A DNA stretch of 64,000 nt from Azolla caroliniana. Taxonomy: Eukaryota > Plantae > Polypodiophyta. Below the pieces are notes generated by a model. It saw only the letters and a list, made by a program, of their open reading frames with translations. It ran no database searches and was not told where the DNA came from. The stretch spans positions 19,282,001 through 19,346,000 of the forward strand of contig JBHGNT010000014.1 in assembly GCA_043228905.1 (NCBI GenBank), given 5' to 3'. Each line of letters starts with the position of its first letter. The stretch's first letter is position 1. The position numbers and the translations under genes were made by a program. This document shows, in pieces, positions 39,217-51,795 of this stretch.

Positions 39217-42200
39217 AGCGGACTATTGAAGCATGGGGCACAAATAGTCCGAGCAATCACAAGACCCCACAAGAAAGAAGAGTGCGTGGATTGCGAGGAG
39301 AAGCAACATGTGTCACACCTAGTGGCGCATGTAAACTAGTACTACCCGACAAGAAGCACAAGCACCGGATACAAGAATTCGAGAAGATGCTGAAAGAAGA
39401 GAACATAATAGAAGAAGGAGAGTTCGTGACTCCTATTATGGAAGAAGCCTCATTTAACGACACCATCGGCGAAATCGAGGACATCGTGGACTTGAGTTAT
39501 CTTCACAACCAACGCGTGATTTCGGTTAACTCCGTCAACATGTACGCTATCATCGATGAATACCGTCGTGGCATCTTGATGAAGGAAGCTGACATCAACA
39601 CGAAATATAAAACGGTGGATAAGAAGATCAAGCCAGTTGCGGTTCCGCTACCGGAAGATAGTTGGCAAAAGATGAAGGAAGTCACTAACGATCCAAGCTT
39701 AAGAGATCCAAAGAAGATAGGTCATATCTTCACCAAAGAGACGAAGGGGAAGCTACGAGTTGGAAAGGAGGATTTCCTTCTCCCTAAAGAGGAGCGAATG
39801 TTTCGCGATATGCTTGAGAGACATGGGAAGGCTTTCGTATTCTTCCCACGAGAAATCGGATGCGCCGACCCAAAGGTTATAGAGCCGATGGTGATCTTCA
39901 CGGTGCCTCATGTGCCTTGGAATTTGAAACCAATACCGGTTCCGAGAGCACACCTTCCGAAGCTGATCAAGCTCTTAAAGGAGAAGGTGAGTATGGGAAT
40001 TCTAGAACCGTCGAATGCTCCTTATTCCAATAGGTGGTTCACGGTGCCGAAGAAGAATGGATCATTGCGATTCATCCAAGATCTTCAACCCGTCAACAAG
40101 GTGACAATTCGAAATGCCGGAATCGGTCTGAGCGTGGACGAATTTGTCGAAGCGTTTGCGGGCCGGTCCATCTACTCCATTGGCGATCTCTACTCCGGAT
40201 ATGACCAATTCCAATTGGCGATCGACAGTCGGGACATTACAACCATGAGGACTCCAATCGGGCTTGTGCGGATGTGTACCTTACCCCAAGGCGCAACGAA
40301 CTCGGTGGCTCATATGGTGAATGCCATGAATAAAGTCTTGAAGGATTGCATTCCGGACATCACGATGCCATTCTTGGATGATATTCCGATAAAAGGATGT
40401 TCGGATGAGGAGAAAGATGAATCGAAAGATAAGGAAGGTTGTAGAAAGTTCGTTGCGGATCATATGAAAAATTGTGAGAAGGTGCTTCAAAGGCTCGAAG
40501 ATGCGAATTTGACATTTTCGGTAGAAAAATCCGCATTCGGGCAACCAGAGATCTTGGTGGTAGGTCACTTGTGTGGAGCATACGGCCGGAAGCCCTCGCC
40601 ATCCAAAGTGAACGCAATCCAAGACATGAAAGAAGAATGCGAAAACCAAACGGAGGTTCGAAGGTTCCTTGGAGCGTGCACGTTTTATCATATATGGATT
40701 CCTCACTACGCTCATGTCGCCGAACCGTTATATGGACTACTAAAGAAAAGAATGAAGTTCGAATGGCGAGATGAGCACACAAATGCGATGCGAAGATTAA
40801 AGAAACTGCTTCTTGAAGCTCCGGCACTAAGGAAGGCCGACTATGCCGAAGGAAAACCAATTTACGTGACCGTAGATACGAGCCCAACCGGAATCGGGTG
40901 GGTCATCAATCAAGAAGGTGAAGATAATGCGCGATATGCCGTCCGGTTCGGAGCAAAGGTTCTCAGCGAACGGCAACAAAGATATGCCCAAGTCAAGCGG
41001 GAACTTTGGGGTATTGTGTCGGTAGTGAAGATGGACAAAGATTACCTGATCGGGTCAGAAGTGATAATAGAGACAGATTGTCTCCCAATTCTCGGAATGG
41101 TCTCGGGATGTGCGACCCCAGATCTTGCTATGCTAAGGTGGATCGCCTACATCAAGTCTTTAAACCCAGAGATCCGTCACATTGCAGGGAAGAAGAACGC
41201 CATGGCTGACATGCTGTCGAGGGCAAGATTTTCAAACGGAAGTAACATGGTTTCGGAAGATGAAGATGTCGCCCTCGACTTCTTCAAGATGGCTCGATTG
41301 TCAGCGGAAGACCAGGACACACAAACCCTCCACGCCTTCAACGAGAACGAGTACGAAGGAGAGTGGTTACTCATCGGTAGATTCCTAAGAACATTGACGA
41401 CAGATGCTTCGTTGACAAAGGAGGAGGCCCTACGAATCCGAAAGAAAGCTTACCGATACTTCTTGAAGGGAGGATTCCTTTGGCGACATCCAAAAAGAAG
41501 GACAGGAATACCACGTCGAGTGGTGGTAAAGAAAGAAGAGCAAGAGACGCTGATGACCGAATTCCACGAGAGTGCTTGGGCAGGTCATAGAGGAACATGG
41601 GCGACATTCGAAAAGTTGAAGGACAAGTACTGGTGGCCAAGCATGTACAAAGATGTACTCCATTTCGTGTCCACATGCGAAACTTGCCAAATATATTCAA
41701 ATATACGTCATCGTGATGAGTTAAAGCCGACATACCCACTCACCATACACTTGAAATGGATGGTGGATCTGGTCTCGATGCCAATGGGAGTGGGACAAAT
41801 GAAGTACTTAGCGCTGGCAAGGGAAGACTTGACAAATCAAGTGGAAGGACGAGCCTTGACAAATAAGACGACTTCAGCCGTTTGCAAATTTGTAATTGAA
41901 GATGTTGTTTGCTGATATGGATGTGTAGGGAAGATAGTGGCCGACTGAGGGGAGTTGGACGCGCACGAAGCGACGGAGCTCTTCGATAGACTAGGCGTGA
42001 AGCTCTCCCTCACGACTGCCTACAATCTGGAAGCAAATGGGAAGATCGAGCGAGGGCATGGACCTATCGTTAAAGCCATCGAACGGGCATGCAACGGTCG
42101 AGTCGGGAATTGGCCACGACTATTACCCTATGCCTTGTGGGCTGATAGAACGACACATAGCTCGGTGACAGGGTATATGCCGATGGAGCTTATGTATGGA

Positions 42201-42701
42201 CAAAAGCCGATTATGCCCATCGAAAGGACGATCGCCTCATGGGTAGCGATACCGTGGGAGAATGAGATGAGCCGAGAAGAGTTATTAGCGGTGCGGATAA
42301 GGCAACTTGAAACAAGACCTGAAGATTTAGAAAAAGCGTGAAAGATGATGAAGGCAGCCGGAGTAAAGAACAAGGTTCGGTTCGACAACACGCATCGACT
42401 TCGTCCCAAGAAGATTGAAGAAGGGGATTGGGTTTTGGTTTACGACAGCACCCTTGACAATCAACACAGTACAACAAGGAAGTTCGCAAGAAGATGGTTC
42501 GGGCCGTATGTGGTGACAAGTGCCAACGATAATGCCACATACCACCTTGCAGAACTAGACGGATCACGGTTGGTCGTACCCATTGCGGGAAAAAGAGTAA
42601 AGATTTTCAAGAAAAGACAAGACAAGGATCCTGACCTCGATTACCTCGACGATGAACATAATAGGCCGGATGAAAATGAAGACATGGAGGAATCTAATTG
42701 A
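39207..42701 (+). pseudogene. G2 pol (RT-RNase H-integrase) in the -1 frame relative to gag-PR, with three premature TGA stops in the integrase
   Basis: Motifs LPQGATNS, FLDDI, VDTSPTGIG, H...GH...CETC and FGPYVV; no chromodomain seen. Confidence 0.92.
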
Positions 42702-45700
42702 TCATCGTAGCCGAAATCTCACTTTCTCTCTTCTTGGCACGTACCGGAGGACGTGCGGTTTGGTGGGGGTGGATGTCGTGAAGATTTTCGGCAATAGTGT
42801 GAAAATCCCATAAAACGTACGAAATCGAGTATGAATCACATAATACAATAATTGTGAAGATAACATTTTAAATAAATTTAATATCTAAGTACAAAATGAT
42901 AGAGGTTTCGAATGCACTTTATTACACGAGAAACGGACAACTAAATGTCAAGATATGAGGGTATAAAGTTTGTGAAAGGAAAAGAGAAAATTGTGAGATA
43001 TCCCACATAGGCACGACAAATACGACTCTCATCATATATAAGGTAGAGCAAAAGAAATTATCTTTGTGTCTATGTGTGGAGCATAGAGAGTTCAAGGTAA
43101 CTTGAACTAAGAGTGGAGGTGGGCTAGCTACTCGTAAAGGGTTTTGGCCAACCAAAACCGGACCGGCATCCGGCGGCAATTCGGCATCCGGCGAGGCACC
43201 GGTAACCGACGGCATCCGGCGACGGCATCCTGTATCCCGCGGCAACCGGCGACGGCATCCAGCGAGGCACCGGTAACTGACGGCATCCGACGAATCGGCG
43301 TCCGGTGACTAGATAAATAAATATATAAATATATATGTTTACAAGGAGGGCAAGTAAGGATTCAAACCTTGCACCTCCAAGTTAGGAGTCAATTGGCTTA
43401 CCATTAAGCCATGCTATTTAGTTGAAATTATATTTGTATCATTGTACTTTTACATGTAAATTCTCATACATGAGAGCTAAAATGAGTGACATGGTTATCA
43501 TGCACCACATGTAATACATAAGCGCCAAATGGCAAACATGCAATTTATGCATGTCTTGTACCCTCACATGCATCATATGCATGGGAGCATCTATAAAAGA
43601 AGGAAGGAGGAGGAGAAAAAACACGTTTTTTTTAATGAAAATTAAGAGGAAGAAATTCGTTAATCAAATTTATCGTGTAACTTGTTTCTTAAATCTAAAG
43701 TTAAAAGTTCAATCAATCTCTCTCAATCGTGTAATCTCAACTTCTCTCTTTCCCAATCTATCTTAAGTACTTTCTCGCTAAAGCTTGCGCCAAAACTTGT
43801 ACCGATTTTGAATCCTTCCGGTCCAGAACCCCGACGGTTCCGCCTCACGATCCGCGCGTAGTGACGGATCTTCACGACAACGTATTTAAAGGTAAAATAC
43901 GTTGAATACATTGAGTACGTTTTGAATATGTTGAATAGGTTGTTGAATATGTTGAATACATCAAATACTTGAGCACCATTGATGTTGAATGCAAAGATAC
44001 TTGGAATTTGAATACTATATAGTAAATACCAATTATCTTTATTGCCCATGGATAGATAAATGGTGTTTCAATATTTACATAATTATTTTCTTTTTCTCTG
44101 CTAAAAAAACCCTAGAAATTTAATTTTTAAATTATTTACAAATTTAGGTTTAGAAAAAATGACCGTTCCAAAAGGTTGAATACGTTTAGAATACGTGTGG
44201 GTATTCTAAAATGTACTCTATCTATAAAGTATGTGTTTTTTAACAACAATGCCTCACAGTGGTCATTTTTGCCACCGGGGCAAAAGTTTCCTCATAGTTT
44301 ATGCCATGGGTTTGAGCATACCCTTTGGCGACTAGCCGAGCCTTGAACCGATTGACCGTGCCATCTGAATTATACCTTATCTTGAACACCCAACGACAAC
44401 CAATCAACTTTTTCTTGATTTCAGAGGATGGGACTAAATCCCAAGTATCGTTGTCAAACAATGCGCGCATCTCCTCCCTCATTGCCTCGATCCACCGGGG
44501 ATCTTGGGCAACTTCTTTGTAAGGCTCAAGTTCTTGGTCTGCTGCGACCTTCATCATGAATGCATAGTGGTGGGCCATGTACTCATTGTACTCAAACCTA
44601 ACTATCGGGTTCTTTTGTTGGTTTGATTGACGGAGTTTTCCTTTGGTCACCTCTGGGGCCTTCTTCATTTCATACTTGTTGGGACCAATCGAGGTGAATG
44701 ATCTAAGTCTTCACCAGATGTCAGATCTTTGGCCTCTTGCCCTTTTCTTCTTTCTACGGGTGTAACTCCAAGGTGACAACACATCAGAGGTTTCTTCATG
44801 TTGTGCAAGACTCTGATTGTTGGATGACACCTCAGGTCCAGTCCACTGGAGTGTGGGCAAACTCTCTGTTGGTTCTCCACCCATAATGGTCGTTAGCATC
44901 TCTTCTTCTTCACTCAAAGAATCTGCTCCAGATCTGCTTGTTTCGAGCACGGCGGAGGTCACTGATGTTGGGCCATACCATGATGTCACCTCATCAAATA
45001 CCACATCTCGGCTTACTCGTGACCGTTGAGTGATGGGGTTAAAACACTTATAACCCTTTTGCTCAAGTGAGTAACCGACGAGGATCATCTTCTCCGATTT
45101 TGGGTCAAGCTTTCTCCGCTTCTCATCGGGGACATGCACAAATGCAATGTTGCCAAAAACCTTCAAGTGTGAAAGGTCTAGCTTTGTCCCAAAATACTTC
45201 TCGTGAGGGGTGATGTCATGGACACCCTCGGTCATGCACCTATTGATGAGATACACAGCCGTAACTACTGCCTCTGCCCAATAGATCTTGGGCATGTTCT
45301 TCTCATGCAGCATGGTGCAGACCATCTCATGAATTGTGCGATTCTTCCACTCAGCAACACCGTTTTGCTGTGGTACTGGCAAGAGAATTCCCGGCGAATC
45401 CCCTTCTCTTCTAGAAAGGCCTTGAACTCGGTTGAGAAGTATTCTCGGCCGCCATCAGACCGTAAGCATCAAATCTTGTGATTCATCTCATTTTCCACGC
45501 GATTCTTTAACTTGAGAAAGTGGGAGAAGACCTCACTTCTCAACTTCATCGGGCATATCCAGGTATGCCGTGAATAGTCATCAATGAAGGTAACGAAGTA
45601 CCTACACCCACCGATTGTCGTTGTTTGAGTTGGGCCCCATACATCTGAGTGGATGACGTCCAAAAAGCCTTTACTCACATTTCTTTCTCTTAGGAATGGA

Positions 45701-47892
45701 TGCCTATGTTGCTTGCCTAGTTGGCATGCATCACATACATTATCAAGATGTTTCGAAGTAAATCGTGGCAATCCGTGCACAACCCCTTTTGTTTGCATTG
45801 ATCGCAGTTTACCGAGGTTTACATGGCCAACCCTTTTGTGCCACAACTCAATATCAGACTCAGCCTTGAGTCCCTTTGCATACGTTGTTGTGTTCACCTC
45901 AGTCGCATCAAGAATAAACATGCGACCTTCTCTTCTTGCATGAGCGATAAGTTGGCCCTTATTGTCGATGAAGCAACCTTCGTAGTTGAATCGTACTTGC
46001 ATTCCTTGTTCGACAATTTGGCCAACCGAGACCAAATTCTTTGTGATTGTCGGCACATGGAGTACATCCTTCATGTAGCCCTTGTTGTCGTGATTATTAA
46101 GGGCCACATCTCCAATTTGCTCAATCATGTGTGTGGAGTCATCACCGGTCTCCACCACGCTATGTCTCTCAGGTTCCCTCAAATTCATGAACCATTCTTG
46201 ATGACTTGTCATGTGATTTGAGGCACCTGAGTCCACGAACCATACATCATCAGATTGGGAAACACCTGTTATCATGCTATTCGCTCAGTGTCGCATAACA
46301 AACATCGGCCCTTTGTTTTCTAGGTCAGCCATCACAACATAGTTTGTTTGCTGTCGGGGTAAGGCAGTTGAGTCATTCTTCTTCTTCTTCTGACACTCGG
46401 CTTCAAAGTAGCCAGGCTTTCCACAATACCAACACTTAGTTTGCTGGTTCTGCCTAGTTGATGCAGGCTGGTGGAAGCTCCCCTTTTTGCCGGAATTCCC
46501 TCGGCTGTTTTGACCTTCTTGTTGCCTGGAATTAAACTGTTGTGGACGTCGTCCACCTCTTCCTCGGCCATTCCTCCCCCAATTTCCACGACCACGACCA
46601 TGACCTCGACCGAGATCATCATGTGTATATAGCATCTGCCCATTAGATGTCGTGCTTTTCGACCGTGTATGGTTCTCCTCAACCATTAGCATGGATTGCA
46701 AGTTGAAAAAGCTTGGGGGGTTCTCCCTTGTTGTTATGGCAGTTCGAAATGAGCCATATTTTTGTGCAAGGTCGCCAAGACAGATATGCACCATCTCGTC
46801 ATCATCAACTGCGACATTGATGGAGCCAAGTGAATCACATAAGTCTTTGTTTTGGAGGGTATAGTCCGTCACGGACATATCCCCCTGCCGAATATTGTTC
46901 AACTCCTGCCGGAGTTGAAGTTTTTTCGTTGTGATTGAAGTCGTGAAAATCTTCTTCAAGTTTTTCCACGCTTTTGTTGGGGCTTTCGCATCTCGAATAT
47001 AGCTTAACATGTGATCTTGCACACATGTTGCCAAACAATACATTACCCTACTGGCGCCTTGCTACCATGTGGGGTAGTTGGGACTTGTAATATTGGGGGC
47101 TGTTTCTTGAGGTCCCTCGATATAACTCCAATACCCTTGCAAAACTAAGTACTGTTGCATCTTATATTCCCAAGATGCGTAGTTGTGCATGTCCAACTTC
47201 TCTGTTGGAAGTGCGCTACCCATTTGTGCATTCATCTCTCTGATTTAGCTTGACTTGTATGCTCCTGTTAACGAAAGCCTCTTGCCGTGCAACACTACAC
47301 CAATGATAGCTGGTTTGAAACAACGTCTCTAGCTACTCACACAATTTCAATGGTAGAGCTCAATGAAGGATCTCTAACCCTCATGCTCTGATACCATGTA
47401 AAGAATCTAACTCTAGTAGAGTTGAGTATTCAGAAGTGTAGTGTGTTTGTGTGACAGTGGGTGAATAAGCAAGAGAAGAAATCAGAGAGAATAACCAGAA
47501 AATAATAAGAAAATACACAGTAGGGGGATAATAGCTTATGCACTGAAGAGAGCTATATTAATTAACTAAAGATCATCAACAAAACAGAATGGGCAAAGGG
47601 GGTTTTATATACAAGTCCTCAAGGGACTGCCATATTAAATGTGTTGGTGGAATCTAACCAAGATATCCACTTGAGCACGATTTTGTCATAAGAATATCTA
47701 ATATTCTTTGACTACATTAACACTCAACTACACGGATTACAATAAAGTGTGCTCACACACTTTTTCACACATCGTCCTTTTCTTCATAAGCACATGTTCA
47801 CACAAGTTGAGCTTGATTCTCAACACATATGTTAGAACTTATGGAAAAGGCGATAGTGACCTCAACACCCACACAAACTACAAGTGATACAT

Positions 47893-50800
47893 TGTCGCGT
47901 TGTTACGCGCGTGCGTGGAGAAACGAGGCGGGACCACCGGGGTCTTGAACCGAAGAGCAGGTGATAGAAGGGGAAAGAGAGACGCCCGGTTGTGTATGAG
48001 CAAAGGAACACAGGGACACGGCCCGTCAACGCAGAATACACGAATGGACATAGAGACAGAGAGACACGAATGTTTGTATATTAACAAGTGACACAAAAAC
48101 AACAGAGCACGCGAACAGATGCCGATGCCTGCTCGTCTACGCACGAAAGGGGATAGGATGGAGGTGTTGCTAGAAGCACACAGGCGTTCCTCGAAGCAGC
48201 GCGAGCCTCCCGAAAACCTGCAGAGAAGAGCGATGGAGAACGAACAGAGGAGAAGCGTTCGGTTACGGTCCGACAACACTTCGTCCTCCTTAATGCGCGA
48301 TGCCTTCTCCCTGCGTCTCCCTCTCCTTTATAGCGTCAAGAAGGGAGATGTTTCCCTCATTTATTTCCTACCTACCGAATCTAACTACCCCGGATATACC
48401 TATGTACCTAATTCCCTATTATATACATTAAGGGCACACACACGTGAAGATCCGGTTCACGTGCGCTATGCACCGATTGCGCTAAGGGACGGTTTTCTTC
48501 ACGACATCCGCCCCCACCTAACCGCGCATCCACTGGTATGCGCCAAAATTGGGTTTTGGTTGGAGAAAACCGGTCCGGGTTCTGGTTCTTCGTCCATCAG
48601 TTCGTCCTCCGTTTCGGACTGTCCGTCGTCGCTGTCCAGGCCTCTTAGATTCGGTTCGCCGTCGTGGTGCTTCTTGAATGCTTTGATCCGCTTCACTGCT
48701 ACCGGTATCGCCATCTTCGTACCGTCGAGTTCCGCCAGGTGATACGTCCCGTTGTCGTTGGCGCTCGTTACCACGTAAGGCCCGAACCACCGCTTCGCAA
48801 ACTTCCGTGTTGCTTGGTGCTGGTTGTCGAGGCTGCTGTCGTAGACTAGCACCCAGTCGCCTTCCTCGATTTTCTTTGGTCGGAGCCGGTGTGTTCGGTC
48901 GAACCGGGCTTTGTTCTTCATCCTCGCCGTCCGAAGTCTCTCCGTCGCTCGTTCCACGTCCTCTGGCCTCCACTCGAGCTGCCGTATACGCGCCGCTAGC
49001 AGTTCTTCCCAACCCCTCTCGTCTCTCCAGTCTACTGTCGCCTAGGAGGAGATCGTCCGTTCCATTGGCATGATCGGCTTCTGTCCAAACATGAGCTCTA
49101 ACGGCATGAACCCGGTTACCGAACTGTGCATTGTCTGGTCCGCCCACAAGGCATAGGGTATCAGTCGTGGCCAGTTCCCGACCTGTCCTTCGCACGCCCA
49201 GACTAGCGCTTTGACGATTGGTCCGTGCCCGCGCTCCACCTTCCCGTTCGCCTCCGGATTGTATGCTGTGGTGAGCGAGAGCTTGACCCCTAACCGGTCG
49301 AACAGCTCCTCGGCCTCTTCAACGTCCAACTCCCCACGGTCAGCCACGATCTTTCCGACGCACCCATACCGGCATATCACGTCCTCGATCAGGAACCGAC
49401 ACACGGCCGCGGTCGTTTTGTTCTGGAGGGCTCGGCCTTCCACCTGGTTCGTCAGGTCCTCCCGGGCTAGCACCAGATATCGCATCTGCCCTACGCCCAT
49501 CGACATCGTCACCAAATCTACCATCCATTTGAAGTGGATGGCCGGAGGGTATGTAGGGTGAAGCTCGCCCCGATGTCGGACTATGGAGTGCATCTGACAG
49601 CTCTCACAAGTTGTCACGAACCGATGTACGTCCCGGTACAGTCCCGACCACCAGTACTTCCCCTTTAGTTTCTCGAACGTGGCCCACGTCCCACGGTGTC
49701 CAGCCCAGGGGTTGTCGTGGTAGGCCTTTAGCAACTCCTCCTGTTCCTCCTCCATCGCCACTACTCGGAGTGGGATGCCGTTTCTCTTCTTCGGGTGCTT
49801 CCACAAGTATCCGTCCCGGAGAAAGAATCGGTATGCTTTCTTCCGGATCCGGTTGGCCTCGTCCTTTGTCCATGACGTGTCCGGCGTCATCGTCCTCAAG
49901 AATCCCCCAATCTGCAGCCACCCCCCGTTGTACTTGCTCTCGTCGAAATCGTTAAGCGTCGGAGTGCTCCCTCCCTCTGTTGTTACGTAGGCCGCCTCGA
50001 AGAAGTCTACGCCGACTTCCTCGTCCTCCGAAACCATGTCGCCCTCGTCGTTGAATCGCGCCCTCGAAAGCATGTCTGCCATGGCATTGTCTTTCCCGGA
50101 AATGTGTCGTATTTCCGGATCCAGGGACTTGATGTACGCTATCCACCTGAGCATTGCCAGGTCCGGGGTTGTGCATCCGTAAACCATGCCGAGAATCGGC
50201 AGGCAGTCCGTCTCGATAATCACTTCTGTCCCGATCAGATAGTCTTTATCGGCCTTCACTGCCGAAACGATACCCCAGAGTTCGCGTTTAACCTGGGCGT
50301 ATCCTCGTTGTTGCTCGCTGAGGACCTTCGCGCCGAACCGGATTGGGAACCAAATGCCGTCCTCATCTTCTTGGTTGACGACCCATCCGATCCCGGTCAG
50401 ACTCGTATCTACCGTTATGTAGATGGGAGTGCCTTTCTCGTAGACAACCTTCCGGAGTGCCGGTGCTGCAGCAAGAGCGTGCTTCATCTTTCGGACCGAC
50501 TCCGCATGCTCGTCTCGCCACTCGAATTTTCACCCCTTTTTCAGCAACCCGTATAGCGGCTCGGCAACGTGGGCGTAATGCGGGATCCATATGTGGTAGA
50601 ACGCGCATGCTCCCAAGAACCTCCGTACCTCTGTGACCGAGTTACAGTCGGGCTTCATTGCAGAGATGGCTTCCACCTTAGCCAGAGACGGTCTCCGGCC
50701 ATACGGTCCGCATAGATGTCTGACAACCCGAAGGCCGATTTCTCCCCGGAGAAGGTGAGCCTCGCGTCCTCTAGTCTCTGCAGCACCCTCTCGCAGTCGT

Positions 50801-51795
50801 CAATGTGCGTCGCCACGAATTTCCGGCATCCGTCTGGTCCGATCGTTTCGTCCTTGATCGGGATGTCGTCCAAGAACGGCATGGTGATGTCCGGGATACA
50901 ATCCCTCAGCACCTTGTTCATCGCATTCACCATGTGGGCCACCGAGTTTGTCCCTCCTTGTGGCAGGGTACACATCCGCACTAGGCCAAGAGGAGTCCGC
51001 ATCGTCGTAATGTCTCTGCTCTCTACGGCTAGTTGGAACTGATCGTACCCCGAGTACAGATCACCGACCAAGTAGATCGACCTTCCGGCGAAGGCCTCCA
51101 CGAACTCGTCTATCGTTGGTCTGATTCCTGCGTTTCGAATGGTCACTCTGTTGACCGGTTGCAGGTCTTGAATGAAGCGCAACGTCCCGTTCTTCTTCGG
51201 TACGGTAAACCGCCGGTTCGAGTTCGGGGCACTCGACGGTTCGAGGATGCCCATTTCGACTTTCTGCCTCAATAGCTCCATCAGCTCCGGGATGTGAGCT
51301 CTCGGTACCAAAATTGGTTTGAGATTCCACGGCACATCCGGTACCGTGAATATCACCATCGGCTTCACGACTGCCGGGTCTACGCACCCTATCTTTCCCG
51401 GCGAGAATGCAAAGGCTTTCCCGTGCCTTCCGAGCATTCTCCGAAACCGGTCTTCTTCCGCCGGCAGTAGGAACCCGCCCCCACCGATTTTGAGCTCTCG
51501 TAGCGTTCTGTCGGTGAAGGCGTGCCTTATGCAGGCCGGATCTCGTAAACTGGGGTTCGACGCGACCCCCTTGATTCGCAACTCGCTGCCCTCCGGTAAG
51601 GGTGCCGCTACTGGCCTTACCTTCCAGTCCATAGTCTTGTACTTCGTGTTAACCCGGGCCGTCCGATCCGACTCGAGCCCTTGACTGAAGTCCGTGATGA
51701 CTTCGTACATCTCTTCTGAACAAACCGGTATCGTCCGGTCCTCTTTAAGGCCCTCTCCGACCACCTCTCGCAGTATTCCCAAGGTATCGTCGAAG
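47893..51795 (-). mobile_element. Gypsy element G3 (G1/G2 lineage): 3' LTR 47893-48506, PPT, IN-RH-RT remnants; interrupted by copia H
   Basis: The minus-strand LTR starts TGTCGTGAAG after the PPT ggtgggggcgga; pol ORFs 48499-51782 closely parallel G2. Confidence 0.92.

Larger units (their letters stand above)
35209..43879 (+). mobile_element. Full-length gypsy element G2: LTRs 35209-36950 (with X3 insert) and 42774-43879, TSD ACGT
   Basis: Near-identical LTRs TGT(C/T)GTGAAG...CTTCAC(G/A)ACA, PBS, PPT ggtgggggtgga, and PR-RT-RH-IN domain order. Confidence 0.96.
35123..44251. mobile_element. Non-autonomous hAT-like MITE of about 450 bp (35123-35208 and 43884-44251), split by gypsy G2
   Basis: Imperfect TIRs CATGGTTGTAA and (reverse complement) CATTGTTGTTAA. 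The 8-bp TSD is CCTCACGA/CCTCACAG. AT-rich interior with repeated ATACG motifs. Removing it rejoins E's AKMTTV-RTVIAL. Confidence 0.7.
33048..47825 (-). mobile_element. Full-length copia element E: LTRs 33048-33476 and 47397-47825, PBS 47385-47396; RT interrupted by a hAT MITE
   Basis: 429-bp LTR pair with perfect TSD CATAT. Gag, PR, IN and RT-N lie at 44252-47225; RT-C and RH at 33750-35120. Confidence 0.95.

Noticed and set aside
7687-51684. Numerous antisense or alternative-frame ORFs over retroelements (for example 11510-12292, 48119-48742, 48518-49195)
   Set aside because: Shadows of GC-rich gag/pol or LTR sequence with no domain motifs.
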